DNA of 64,000 nucleotides from Octopus bimaculoides (lineage: Eukaryota): NCBI RefSeq assembly GCF_001194135.2, contig NC_068998.1, positions 53,945,398 through 54,009,397 on the forward strand. The letters run 5' to 3'. The first letter of the stretch is position 1, and the number at the start of each line of letters is the position of its first letter. Made by a program: the position numbers and the translations under genes. The notes beneath the pieces were generated by a model. The model had not been told where the DNA came from, searched no databases, and saw only the letters and a list, made by a program, of their open reading frames with translations. Positions 50,467-64,000 of this stretch are shown here, one piece after another.

Positions 50467-50915
50467 ACTTACTGACATACTTAAGTCCTTCCCTCCTTAT
50501 GGAGCTTAGGTCATCGATGACTTTTCTCCATTGTTCTGGTCTTTGGACGGTTTTTTTTTTCTGGATTAGATTCCTGCTTTTTCAGGCCGCTTCCTTTCGG
50601 ATTTTGTTTCACTGCGTCATATCTTCCCCTGACGGAAGGCCGTCATCTACCACACCTCGTTGATTTTGAATTGTCATCGACGCTTCTTAAACTTTGATTT
50701 TTTTTTTCTTGTCGGTTAGGATGTTGACTTCATGCAAACCCATTTTTACCTCTAGAAAGAGTTGGACCCTATCAATGTGGTCTCTATCGTCTGACCTGAG
50801 AGACCCTATCGGGAGCTTGCGCTCCGCTAGCACAGTTTTCGGGGTCATCGAGGCAGACAAACCATCACACAACAACAAGAATTCAACCTCGCGGTGGATC
50901 AAAGGCGGTCAGAGA
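50467..50915 (-). mobile_element. Short bipartite RTE-derived element (5' UTR joined to the 3' end, ORF largely absent)
   Basis: The minus-strand 5' part (...GTCTGCCTCGATGACCCCGAAAACTGTGCTAGCGGAGCGCAAGCTCCCGATAGGGTC...) resembles RTE/Expander 5' UTRs. The 3' part reads QRPEQWRKVIDDLSSIRREGLK* and ends in a decayed (TAAG)n, as in RTE 3' termini. Confidence 0.6.
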
Positions 50916-52430
50916 TGGGGTTTTATTAAAAGCATTAAGGATTTGGGATATATTAGCAGCTAATAAATGTTTTCAGATATTTTTCACACTAATATAATGA
51001 TATTGGTGTTGTGGTTTATCCCAGGTCAGCCGTGACGTAGACCTATAATCGAAACGTCCCCATCCATGCCCACTTCATCATCGTGTACATATAACACTAC
51101 ATTCTTCAATTTATTTCTTTGTTATTTTTAAGACTCTGAGGTAGAGTTTGTCAGCAACTGATGTCAGTGCCAATTATTACGTAGAGGTTCTTGCATTGGT
51201 TCGGCGGATGTAGTAATTTTGAAAGGTTATCTCCTTTGTCATTACATGAATCTTGGACCATATCATTATATATACATTGCACTTTTTAAGACAACAAATA
51301 CAATTCACAGCACATTAGGTTCTTATTTTTAGCAGGTCGATCGACAACAGTTCATTCTAATCTAATAGTTCGCTCGTTAATTTCGAGATTTTAATTCATA
51401 CAACTTGTGTTCATTGTTCAAATCCTGCGCTATTCTTCAATTTTATTCTTTTTCTACACTGGCGATAAAATAATCACCAGTTGTAGATCTGATTGAACCA
51501 CAAATCGAATCACCAATCTACCAATATACTGTTGTAACTCAAGGTGAGAGTAACTAATGAGGAAACTCTGTATCGTCTCTAGTTCTTCAGGAAATAGTTA
51601 AATCACTTCATTAGAAAAAAAAAGCGAAAAAGCATTTCATAAATACATTCGTGTATAATGTATAGCATGAAAGAAATTATGCGGCGGCCGATATCGACTG
51701 CAATTGTTTATATTATATGACGGTTCTATAAGAGATGCTTCGGGGATAAACAACAACAATATGTAGAATTATATAAACATAGAAAAAGATCATTAACGTT
51801 TAACATTTTAAAGAATTTAGAACAGTTTTCATTTATTTAATGTTTTTCGCAAGAAAATTTGATTTTTTGTTAAATATATTTCCTGATGGATATAGACAAT
51901 TTTTTTTTTCTTTTGGTATTCCTAATTAATTATTTTAATTTAAATGAGTTTGTATTAATAAATAACTATTCAAAATGTATACCATTTTCATCTCAGAACA
52001 TTTTTCCCAGTAGGTTTACTGATTTCTTTCATCATTTTCAGTATGAAAATTCCGAGGATATATTTTACTCAACTACACCAAAAACTCTATATTTAATAGC
52101 GAAATATTTCGTACAAAAGTATGTAAATCACGTATTTAAAATTCCTAACATAATTATTTTACAAGTTTTTCTTCAGCATTGAATGTGCCTGCATGTATGA
52201 ATATGTTTATATATATGTACATCATATATATATATATNNNNNNNNNNTATGTGTGTGTGTGTATGTATGCATGCATGTATGTATGTATGTATGTATGTAT
52301 ATATGTATGTATACATCTAACATAGGATAACATTTTCAAAAAATTTTATTTGTGGCCAGCATATTAAAAGATACCTTATTTATAACATAACCATTGTTTT
52401 ACTTGTGTCACTTTTTCTTTATACATATGC

Positions 52431-52507
<77 letters not shown>

Positions 52508-52509
52508 GC

Positions 52510-52576
<67 letters not shown>

Positions 52577-54777
52577 CAACAGCCTCATAAAACATGCAAC
52601 TGAAATATCAGGTCACTAGCTTAAAGTGTAGATGGCTGAGTATGTGTGTGTGTAATTATCATAATTTTTTATATCATCTTCAAGCAATTAACGTCTTTTA
52701 AACAGTTAAATTATTTAATAATCTTTAATATTCACATAATGCCACAGTACATGCTTTTTTCTTTTGCTGTAAGGGCCAAAATTTATTGATTCAGCCCAAT
52801 ATATTTTGGCTCTTTTATAATTAATCACAAAGTATTGAAAACTTAGACTTGTCTTGATGGAATCTGAACTTACAAAATAAACTTTCTTTACGTATCCTCA
52901 AGTTATTTGCCCTGTCGCACATTCGATCGTAATATTTCTTCGCTGCGTCTCATTGCCAAGTTAAATAATAAAATTCTATATTTCTGTATTATAAAATATA
53001 GAACAATATCACATTAACATCTGTCAAAACATATTTGTACAGTCTTACATATAACTATCGATTGATAAAGTTGAGTTTTATACTAGCTGAGACACTGCAA
53101 ATATTTGACGAATTTGAAGGGTAGACGTCTGAAAGATATTAATTTGTCTTTTTGAGACAATATGACCTGAAGTAAGAAGTTGAATAAGTATCTTTCAATA
53201 CATACATTGTGTAAAGCGAAGTAAATATAGATATACCATTCCACTTGTTTATGATGATCAACTTTTAACATTTTCGAAACACACCATTCATTTATGGTTT
53301 CTCTTAAGATGGTGAATAACAGACATGGAGTTCTACAGCGACCACGAGACTGGTAGCAAGGAGTAATCCTCCAGCAAAAGACAAAGAGCAAACGCTTGAA
53401 ACTTATGGAGCTTCAGGAGAACAGTGTTATACGAGTCCGAACTCTAGTTTACAAGGGGCATTCCAGAAGTTGTAAAACGTTCTTAGGAGAGGCAGTTATA
53501 AATTTCCTAGAGTATTGTAATTTTTGAATATCATTGTTTTACATCTAATAAAGGTAATCTGCAACATTTTTTCTGCTCTAGATTAAAAGAGATAGTTGTA
53601 GGAGCACGTTGAACATACCCCACTAAACACTGCTATTGACACCCTACTAAAAACTGCTTGTCACAACTGCACGACAGAGAAGGGCATCAAAACAATAAAT
53701 ATATTTATCTTTTATCTTTTACTGGTTTCAGTCAGAGAGCCGAACCTACTTAAGATGACAGTTTCAGAAGCCGCAGTGGGCTTCCCGGCCTGCGATATAA
53801 ACATGAATGCTTTTATGTATCCCAAGCTCATATGAGACTTTCTCTCATGGTAAATATCGCAGTCGTTCCACTCATTTACAGTTGAGTCCAAAAGTTTGGA
53901 ATATAGGTCTGAAAATTAGAATTTTTGATATTCAATGCCCAAGATTATATTTGAATTCAGTTGTACTTAGTCATAACAATTTTAATTTTTAAAGTAAAGT
54001 TCCAAATTCTTGTCCACGACTGTACATAATATGTATGACAAAAAGGAGTTTTAAAATATATCATTTATGCTTGAAACATTATGGCTTTGTAGAACGCCAT
54101 GCAAGCTAGAATATTGTAAAGCGTGGATCAAGATGGTAAATTATATTTATTTATTGAAGAATTAAAACGAATTCTATACCATAAATTTACAAATACTGCT
54201 AAAACCTGCACTTCAAAGAACTAGGATCTTCTCTTTTCTCGATATATTGGAAAGAGTGACGCCAGTATTGATAAAGCTTTCATTATTAGTAGGAAGACAC
54301 GGGAAAGGTTTTTATAAAAAAAAAAAACTGGCAGGAAATTATTCAGAATATAATGTAACTTGCTTATTTTCTTTTTCGTTTTATTATTTGGTTATTGAAC
54401 AAATAAAGGGGGATTTGTGTGACTTTTGTAGTTGAGAATTAAATTAAGACGGCCATCAAATAATATCATTAATTTGTAGATCGCTGTTAGTATCCAGACT
54501 CCGGAAGTTCCGTTTCTTCAATACAGCAACATTTCATCCCCAATAAACCACATTACAGATTCCAATGACTCCTACATCTTCAACAACAACCGAATTAATT
54601 CAGTTTTTTTTTTTTTTTAGCCTCAGGTCAAATCTTATCGGGAACCATCCTGTTGTTTTGGATATCGAAAACTACATCTTTTCAAGTAGCGTAGCTAGGG
54701 TGGTGAGGCTGGCGATTCCTCCCGGGCGACGCTTTGATGTATATATATATATATATATACATATATANNNNNNNNNN

Positions 54778-54830
<53 letters not shown>

Positions 54831-54959
54831 AGTATGTGTGTGTTTCTTAGCGTGTGTATATATACATATATATACATATACATATATATATGTATATATA
54901 CACTAACTGACACTTACGTACATCCTGTGCATATAAAAATCTCTAAAACATGGCTTGGT

Positions 54960-55075
54960 TCTCCATCGATTACGACGACGAGTATTTCACTTGGTTTCAT
55001 CAACGGAACAGCTTCCTTGGACCCTTAACGTAATTCTCATGGAAAGTTAGTGTGATAAACCGCATTCGAAACTGC
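54960..55075 (-). mobile_element. Repeat family D fragment
   Basis: Reverse complement GAATTACGTTAAGGGT...GCTGTTCCGTTGATG...CTCGTCGTCGTAATCGATGGAG matches 7140-7260. Confidence 0.7.
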
Positions 55076-55084
55076 TGATCCATT

Positions 55085-55215
55085 GAATTACTGGTACAAC
55101 TCCTTTTTGCCGGCTGACTGGAGCAACGAGAATTGTTCAGGAACGCAATGCGCCACTGGGGATCGAACTCACGCCCTTACGATCATGAGCCAAACATCCC
55201 GAACACCACACGTCT
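55085..55215 (-). mobile_element. tRNA-derived SINE head (CORE-related, different subfamily)
   Basis: The minus strand has GTGTGGTGTTCGG (A-box-like) and GAGTTCGATCCCC (B-box); there is no complete cloverleaf. Confidence 0.7.
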
Positions 55216-56543
55216 TCTCTACATTATAGATGTTCTACACCTGGTCAGCCGTTCTGCTGGACATCTCATCTGTTTTAGACTTCATCAGTCTTCGATTAAT
55301 TCTTTATTTAAAAAATGTAAAGATGACGACTTGTTCTTATGAATCATAATTCAGTTTTTTCTAATATCTTGTTCAATTTCACACCGAAAATACATTCAAA
55401 TAGCTGAGTATTATGTTTCATCTTTCCATATCGATGTTGTTAATGCATCTCATTTGGCTTCCACTATTCTGTTCTTTTACGTATGCCGCCGCCGCCGTTG
55501 TTGTTGTTGTTTTTGGCATATACAGTAAATATCTGGTTTATATAAATACAAGTATTAAACTACTACATCGGAAATAGCAGGTAATTTTTTTACAGTAAAT
55601 CTCAAATGAATTTTATTGAAACCCACGTGAAAGTTTTGTTTTGAGATTAGTCGATACCAATATCAATCTGGACAAAAAAAATAACTGCAATGATTCTACT
55701 TCGTTTGGCACGAAATTAAGACCTAGACAGATTTCAAAATGGAGACTGACAAATTGTTTGTTTGTTTTTTTTTCTTCTTTGTCTGAAACTGCAGCAATAT
55801 TAAAATCCCGTCTGCTTCACTGTTCCAGTTAAACACAGAACAGATTTACAGTGTGGCAGTCTATATCGTCTTCTGACATAGAAGTACAAATTTTTTTTAA
55901 AATACTATAATCAACCTGGCTATAAATCTTCAGAAAAAAAAACTTTTGCAGAAGCTACAAAACACATTGATTCTCTAGATAGAAAATACTGTTTTACATT
56001 GTCGAGGCATTTTACTAAAGCAATTCTACGATAGAAGCATCGCGTTGTTGCTCTACCTGTAGAAAATACTGGTCGAATCACTCTCAAATCACACCATTCC
56101 ATTTAAGTATGTATTAAATCACACTTGGGATTAAATAATCTAAATTATACATGTAGATTATTTTGGTGACGGATCGAACGCTTTTGATCAGAGGTTTTCA
56201 CGATCAAAGTTGATCGGGGGCTCTTAAACAAAAAATTAAAAAAGAAAGTCTATAAATCGTTGTGTGAATAGGAAACTCGGTTCAATCCTTATGCACGACA
56301 TCTTAGTCATGAAACCTCTACGACAGTCCTTAGCCCACCAATACCTTGTGAGTGCATTTGGTACGCGAAAACTGTGCGGAAGTTCGCCACGTACATGTGT
56401 GTGTGCGTGTGTGTGTTTGTAACCAGTGTTCTTTCGTTTACGTCTCTGTAATTAGCAGTTCGAGTAAAGAAGACTGATAGAATAAGTATGACTATGTACA
56501 TGCAGTAGACTTGTTACTGTCAAAACTAACGATTTGCCATTAT

Positions 56544-56590
<47 letters not shown>

Positions 56591-56978
56591 CATACATACT
56601 TACATACATACATACATACATACATTTATCAGTANNNNNNNNNNNNNNNNNNNNNNNNNNNNNNNNNNNNNNNNNNNNNNNNNNNNNNNNNNNNNNNNNN
56701 NNNNNNNNNNNNNNNNNNNNNNNNNNNNNNNNNNNNNNNNNNNNNNNNNNNNNNNNNNNNNNNNNNNNNNNNNNNNNNNNNNNNNNNNNNNNNNNNNNNN
56801 NNNNNNNNNNNNNNNNNNNNNNNNNNNNNNNNNNNNNNNNNNNNNNNNNNNNNNNNNNNNNNNNNNNNNNNNNNNNNNNNNNNNNNNNNNNNNNNNNNNN
56901 NNNNNNNNNNNNNNNNNNNNNNNNNNNNNNNNNNNNNNNNNNNNNNNNNNNNNNNNNNNNNNNNNNNNNNNNNNNTCT

Positions 56979-57011
<33 letters not shown>

Positions 57012-57690
57012 ATACATATATATATATATATGTATGTGTATATATATATGTATGTATATATATTTGTTATTTATGCATATGCACACAATTATGTGAACGC
57101 ATACACATGCAGATGTATAGTTAATCAATAACAACAGTTAGAAACACGCTAAAATCTATTCCATTTTCTTTCTTGGAAGTGTTGTATGGTTTTATTGCAA
57201 CTAATCCCAAGAAATTGAATTTGTTTGCCAAAGACAAATAGCCAGATAGACCCTAAAACGCTTACCCCTTCACTTCGATATATTAATCTTTTATTTTTAT
57301 TTTCATGTTTATTCATTATTTTCTTCTTTTTTGTTTTTGCTTTTACAATGATATGCAGTTGCTGAAAAGAAAATTCATATACTGTCATAACAAATAGTAT
57401 TTGCTTAATAATGAAGTAAGTTCTTTTCAAAATTGCTTTCGCATTTCACATAGAACTGTCCTTAAGCGAATTCTCGATATTCTGCAATTCATGAGGAATG
57501 AAGAAAAACAAAATTCCTTCTCACTGAATCGCCTTTCTTTCTCTTTATTCTTTCCTTGGCTACTTATTAACTTATTTCCTTATTTTTAAGGTTACATTTT
57601 CTCAGCAGGAAAAATAAATATTTTTATACATATTTATATACATTATTCTTATTATTATTATTATTATTGTTACTATTAATATTATTATTA

Positions 57691-57734
<44 letters not shown>

Positions 57735-57910
57735 GTTATTATTATTATATTTTCGTTATTTTACTTTGCGATAAGAAACCAATATATATATATATACTCA
57801 CAAATACACACACACACACGCACACACACACACACACANNNNNNNNNNNNNNNNNNNNNNNNNNNNNNNNNNNNNNNNNNNNNNNNNNNNNNNNNNNNNN
57901 NNNNNNNNNN

Positions 57911-57980
<70 letters not shown>

Positions 57981-58725
57981 CATGTATGTATGTATGTGCA
58001 ATTATTTTGTATGTTTGCAAACATGTATCCAGAGTTATACGATTATATAAATGTGTACACTAATGGTGTGTACGCGTGTGTGTGCGCGTGTGTGTGTGCG
58101 CGTGTGTATGTATGCACCCTATTTGTGTTTTTTATTTATCAATGTGTATGCGTGAGTCGATAACGAAGTGAACCTTGGGCAGCACTTTCATATTTGCCTA
58201 TCTAATTGTATTTTTCCATTGAAATGAATCTCATGTACGAAGGATGTCTTTAGTACGTCAATATATAATTGGTCTTTGGTAATTCTAATAGCAAGAAAGA
58301 GGAAACCAAAAGCACCCCGTCAGGTATAATATGGCTAAATTCTTTGAAGAGAAAGTAGGTATGTTTGCTTTAGTTCTTTCACTGCGATTACGGTACAAGT
58401 TTGGAGAAGAAATATTTCTTATATTTCCTAACGTTAGTAACACTCTCGTTTTCATTTCATTCTGAATAAAATGTTATTAGCGTCGATATACATCTTGCCA
58501 GTGACAGCCAGATATTTTAACTGACTTTCTCTGATATTCAAGTAAGCCAGTGATATTTCTATCCAACTTCCTTTGTAGTTAGTCAATGTGGTTATCAACC
58601 GACATACGTCTGGAGCATTTTCCTTTACTCGTCCACAACCAAATGAACTCTGGTATTGCACAACACATATAAAATAAGTTACTATACTGCCAACATATCT
58701 CTGTGCAATGAAACTAGTGTTGTTG

Positions 58726-58732
58726 CTGTTGA

Positions 58733-58789
<57 letters not shown>

Positions 58790-58845
58790 CAGCAACGGCG
58801 GCGGTGGCGGCGGCGGAGGCGGCGGCGGTGGCGGTGGTGGCGCCG
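58726..58845. repeat. Compound trinucleotide repeat (TGT)(GGT)(AGT)n(AGC)(GGC)n
   Basis: Read directly. Confidence 0.95.
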
Positions 58846-59164
58846 AATTACCTGCTCCTGAAATACCCTGTAAATGAATGACAATTCCACAGACACATTT
58901 GTATCCCTCATCGTAACTCTAAGACATCGGAGTGACACACAGGATATGACGAAGCTATATCGCCTAACAGCTTTCTATTCATTTTACATCGACGGGCATG
59001 CTCGGCCTGTGGTTGCAATTTCTAATTCAAACTTTCAATAGGGATTCCCATAAACTTTGAATATCTGGACCTTTTGGCTTCCTTTGAGCCAAAGTGAGGT
59101 TTTGGGGACCGTGAAGGCAAATCATCTTCATTAGCTAATGAACAGGATAGAGTGTAATCAGTGT

Positions 59165-59290
59165 TATCTACATTCAGAGAAATTAACGTACAAGTGGCTG
59201 AGTACTCCACAGACACCTGTACCTTTAATGTAGTTCTCAAGGAGATTCCGCCTGACACAAAATGTGATAAGGTTGGCCCTTCGAACCCTT
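59165..59290 (-). mobile_element. Repeat family D fragment
   Basis: The minus strand GAGAACTACATTAAAGGTACAGGTGTCTGTGGAGTACTCAGCCACTTGTACGTTAATTTC matches 7140-7200. Confidence 0.8.
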
Positions 59291-59689
59291 CTCCGTTCAT
59301 CTTTGGGTTTGATGTGTCGTGCTCCTGTGCTTTCTCGAAACTTAGTCTTTATCCCCTAAATTACTTTCTAAAGCTAATTAACTTTTCATATATAAATTTA
59401 ATTAAGAAATATCATCTAATTTCAGGAAGAAAACTAATTACCAGACGGAATGTAAATTTTTGCGATTAATCAACTTTGTATGTCACAGACACTGATGATG
59501 CGTGAAAAATGAAGTAATCTCCAGGAAAATTTGATACGTGCGTTATACGGGAGCAGCCAACCTTTGCCGAACTTGCACACTTAGTTATTATTAATGCTAT
59601 GCCTGTGTAGTTTCTAATTGGTGTTTCTTGTTATCATCTATCGAGCTGTGTTGCAGTGTGACGATAGCCTAATATGTTTTCTCATTCTG

Positions 59690-60270
59690 GTACAAGGCCA
59701 GGAATTTTGAGCGAAGGGAGTTTGTCGATCGCTTCCATTCCGGAATATAGTTGATGCCAATTTTATCGAGTCCAAAGGGATGAAGTGCAAAATTGACATC
59801 AGCGCGATTTGAACTCAGAACATGAAAGACCAGAGAAATTATTATAATTACTTCCGGATCGCCGACTTCTAATGCCTTAATATAATTATTACTGTTTTTG
59901 GCTCGAGGCCAGCAACTTGGCGTAGAGGGAGCTAGTCGATTATAGTCCCCACTGTTCAACTGGTACTGATTTTATCCTCCCCCACCCCAAAAAAAAGGCG
60001 GCATTTGGACTCGGAACATAAGTAAAGAGGAACAACATACCGCTAAGTATATTCTCTGACTTGCTAACGATTCTGCCATCCCGCTACCTTGAATAATGGT
60101 TTCAAATTTCGACATAAGGGCAGCAGTTTTAGGGGACGGAGTAAGTCGAATAGATGTCCCTCAGGGCTCAACTGGCATTTTATTTTATCGACTCCGAAAG
60201 AATGAAATGCAAAATCGATCTCGGCGTAAAGAGCCGGAAGAAATATCGTTAAGCAATTTCTTGTTATATT
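59690..60270 (-). mobile_element. Three successive degenerate SINE family A copies in the same orientation (about 59690-59830, 59895-60090, 60095-60270)
   Basis: Each has a tail (CACAAGGCCAGCAA-like) and the AGTCGA/TACT core; B-box GATTTGAACTCAGAAC at 59806 and a head GCTAACGATTCTGCCATCCCGC at 60063. Confidence 0.75.
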
Positions 60271-61544
60271 CGACCACTTTCCATCAGCCTAATATAATAA
60301 TAAAATCTAAGCGATCACTACTCTGTTTTCATAAATATTTTGCAACATACGTTCTAACCAATTCCTTAAACTGCTTTAGAGGTGTTTTTTCATAATATTT
60401 AAAATTTTGGAAAACGTGTTGCATTTTCTCACCTCTGCGATGAGCGTATGCTATTGTATGTCGGTTGCTACTTTGTCTGTACTGAAAGTTCCTATGAAAT
60501 CAAAAGCAATCCAAATCGATTTTGTAAACTCTAAATAGTAAAATATGAAAAGAAATTCCTACTAAAATCTAGATGAATGGTATCATAAATTATACTTAAA
60601 TAAAAAAAAAAAGCAGATTCTTTAAATCTATTCATTCAAGACGTTTGTTAACTCGATATTACATTCTAAGCAGGTCTTTCGCGGCTCTTTATAATAACTA
60701 CCTATTTATTGCGACGACAATAGAATAGCATATTCTAGACTTTCAAATATTTTATAAATGCGAAAGAAGAACGGTAAATGAACAGTGAAACAAAGACAAC
60801 TTTTCAAATTAATATCATACAGGAAAAGAAAGAGATTTACTGTATGTTACAATTATTCAACAGAAAACAAAGACAATTTTCTCTTTCTTATCTGTCGTAT
60901 TTCCTGCGTTATTAGTTTTCTTGTCCTATTCGGGATTTTTTTTTCTTTTCTTTCCATTTCGTGTGACAAAACAAAATCGTGCATTAAAAGATTGAATATT
61001 GGTTTAATAAAATCAATGAGACGTTCATCAATATTTCATCAATCACATTTTTGAATGTTGATTAAAGAAGCGACTGTCTCATTTGAGATGTTTCATGAAA
61101 ATTTTCTTTCTCTTGATGAAAGATTTTCAACCGTTAAAATTAAAGAATGAAAACAATAAAAAAAGACAAAAATGAAATATTTTTAATTACGAAGTCTGAA
61201 AAGAAGGATTATTATCCTGTTCATTTTCTATTCAGCGGCTCTAGATTTCCAAATGTGTGAAAATAAATATTCCAGCCAGTTTGTAAATAGAAAGAATATG
61301 AAATAATAAAACTATAAAGAACCAAGAATCCTTATTATTCGACAACTGTCTGGCTTTAAGAAAGAAAAAAAAATAAGGAAAAAGTGGGAAATTCTGTAGA
61401 ATTTAATCTTCTGTTTCATGTTTGTCATTAATAACAAACCATTTTACGAACTGATATATATACTTTTTTTAATTATTGATGGCGACTCAGGTAGCTTTAC
61501 AATTTGTAGTTTGTACCATTACACTCTGATTTCAAATACCACCA

Positions 61545-61630
61545 GGGTCGGTGCGATATTGTTCAAATTCCTACGAAATCGATTTTTTTTTTCATTATAT
61601 TTTGGTCGATAAAATAAAGCACCAGCCCAG
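61545..61630 (+). mobile_element. Degenerate SINE family A fragment
   Basis: GTTCAAATTCC...GGTCGATAAAATAAAGCACCAG. Confidence 0.65.
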
Positions 61631-62134
61631 TCTAATGGATTGGCACAATTGTCAGATCATCTGACACGATGCATTAAAGATTTTGTTCCGGTTCTTTGCA
61701 TTGTGGGTTCTTGGATAGGAGACTTTTACCGTCACCCAGTCAAGCGCCACAATCCGATCCTTGGATGCCTTTAGCGGTTTCAAGGATGGTGCATGGATTC
61801 CATTGAACAATTACATTGTCCCACAGAACTTGAGGCCCCTGAAAAATGAAGGATCATGCATTATTGATGCTGCATTTTCCTCCTCAATTAATTAGTGGGG
61901 GAAAACATATTTGCCTAGGAAGAATGAATCATTGGTGTTGCTCCTGCTGTTGTTGTTGCTATTGTTCAGTCTTAAGTAAACTCTGATCGAGCAGACGAAC
62001 CTGAGCAAAAGCATTTCAAGCGTAATCATTCCATGCTTTAGTGATTTCTATTTTGGTATTTCTACAACCTTCCTGTTCTTGATGAAAATGTAACTGCTAT
62101 TTTTTGCAAATTGACTGAACTCGTTTGGTATTAG

Positions 62135-62520
62135 ATCGATCTTACAATCCCATGGGATGAAGACTGTAATCAAGGCTTTGGATGGGAGCCACTAGTACCA
62201 GAAGCTTTTTGAGAATTAGAGATATTAGGGATGGCAAGCAGGACTAATTCTTGTTGAAGTTTCCTGTAGAGGATTCCCTGCCTAGTCAATATGGAGAATG
62301 CGTACAACCAATGGAAGAAGAAGAAGATGAGAATGGTGGTTATGTAGAGGCTTTACAAAAAGCCTCATGTTAGTTATGGAATCAAGACAGAAGAGACAAA
62401 CATGGCAGCCAAGAGGATATAAATATGACCGCCATTGCATCAGCACCACTAGCGGAGGGGTACTATAGTTCAGAGTGGAAGCACCCAATGATTGTTGGAT
62501 ACTGTCTGATCACATCAATT
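62135..62520 (+). mobile_element. 3' end of a HERO-like REL non-LTR retrotransposon, decayed
   Basis: Broken frames read IDLTIPWDE, GWQAGLILVEVSCRGFPA*SIWR and KASC*LW, matching ELTVPWEE...GWxxxxxPVEVGCRGF...ASxWLW. A HERO-like 3' UTR follows (GGAGGG...GCACCCAATGA). Confidence 0.8.
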
Positions 62521-63322
62521 CCTCTGGCCAAAGTTCTATTTACCAAAGGTGAATAGGAGAGAAACACATTCTTTTAGATGTTAGCAATATAATATTTATT
62601 AATTTTTCGTTCCAGATTTTCTATAGATTTCGGAGTCAGCAATGAAAGTTGTGACGTTTCGTATACGAATACGGCTCTGACTCTGAATTGTATAGAAAAT
62701 CTGTAGAGATAAACTTTAAAATGAGAATATCGCACTGCTAATACAGAAGTAGGGCACAATATGGATTTATAAATCTTCAATGGTAGCATATTACGGCTGG
62801 AAAACGAAGGACTGGGTCCTCGATAGCAACTAATATTTATTAGATAATAATTTTCAGAAGACCAGGATGAGTTCAGTATTGGGGGAAAATCCTTACATTG
62901 ATCTCTTTTCAAACCATTAAGTTGAGAGGAAACTATTTAAGCTGGAACTTATATTACTAAACAGTAATGTCTTAGAATTCCAAGTTCAATACTGGCTTTG
63001 GTCGGCTATACGTTTCATAAATCCGATGTCGATAGAATCATTAACAAGAAATATTACACATGCCGATTTCATTGATTCTACTCCTACTTTTTCAAAAACA
63101 TTAACCGTCTTTCTAATTAGGAATCCAATTAATTTATAGAAAAAAATTTCTACAATTAAGACTTCATTAAAATTAAAGATTTAAAGGTAATCAATAAAAG
63201 TAAATAAGAAAATCTCTTAAGAACTACGCAAACTTTCAGCACGTAAAGTACACACATTTACACACGAACCCATTCCTTCACACTCACTCACACACACTCA
63301 CACACACATACACTCACACTCA

Positions 63323-63409
<87 letters not shown>

Positions 63410-63704
63410 TCACACTTACTCACACACATACACCCACACTCATTCATACATTCATACATACAAAAAGACAAGTAGATACATAGAAACTGATTAGAAATGG
63501 TCGAACGGGTTGACAGAAATAGCAGTCTAAAATTAGTCAAATTTCGCCTCATCATCTAAATATCGAAGGACACAATCGATATTGTAATTCAAGATGGACA
63601 ATACTTACAAAAAATATATATAATTAACTCGAATTATATTACAATTGTAAATAGGTTCTAGAGTGCAAGAGTTGAAAAAATAGTAGAGCATCCAACAAAA
63701 AGCA

Positions 63705-63800
63705 TTCCAGGATTTCGGTATGACACTTTGCGTTCTAGGTTCGAATTCAATCGAGAGCCAAATGTGATTTTTAACTTTCGGAGTCGATAAAATATGTAAC
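63705..63800 (+). mobile_element. Degenerate SINE family A fragment
   Basis: GGTTCGAATTC B-box and TTTCGGAGTCGATAAAAT core. Confidence 0.65.
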
Positions 63801-64000
63801 GTAAAACAGAAATGAGGTCGTTATAATCAACTATATCACGGGCCCAAAAAGTGTTAAAAACTAAGTATAAAGAATTTTTGAATCATCGACAGTATGCCAA
63901 GCGGTTGAACGTAAACCAATGGTTCCTAACCTGGGGTCCGCAAAAGGGGGTCCGTGAAATAAATACAAAATTTCATATATCTATATATATATATATATAT

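Noticed and set aside
53751-53908. Minus-strand open frame with good splice sites (DLYSKLLDSTVNEW...)
   Set aside because: Its middle is the dispersed repeat shared with 44506-44574.
59022-59469. Protein-looking 92-aa (minus) and 102-aa (plus) ORFs
   Set aside because: The core is a copy of repeat family D, also present at 7135 and 54960.

Overview
AT-rich eukaryotic DNA from a gapped short-read assembly, with 12 N-gaps totalling about 3.3 kb, nearly all bordered by (TA)n, (CA)n or (GT)n tracts. The density of microsatellites and the SINE repertoire point to a coleoid cephalopod, most likely Octopus; this is inferred from remembered repeat consensus, not from a search. Almost every ORF in the supplied track is a microsatellite, N-run or antisense artefact. 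The window is dominated by two tRNA-derived SINE superfamilies (one CORE-type carrying an internal microsatellite, one with a Meta/MESC-like central domain), a third short interspersed family, and decayed remnants of RTE, R4/Dong, HERO-like and Penelope-like retroelements and of pogo/Tigger DNA transposons. No protein-coding gene can be named. A set of plus-strand candidate exons has canonical splice sites and partly compatible phases: 16490-16555, 16660-16825, 17516-17622, a strong 21-nt microexon at 26771-26791, 28000-28161, 30895-30915, and a possible last exon at 48795-49000. These may belong to one intron-rich gene with weakly cadherin-like beta-rich segments, but this is unverified. Several fold-back SINE pairs give near-perfect RNA hairpins. 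No CRISPR array, rRNA, bona fide tRNA or prokaryotic system is present.
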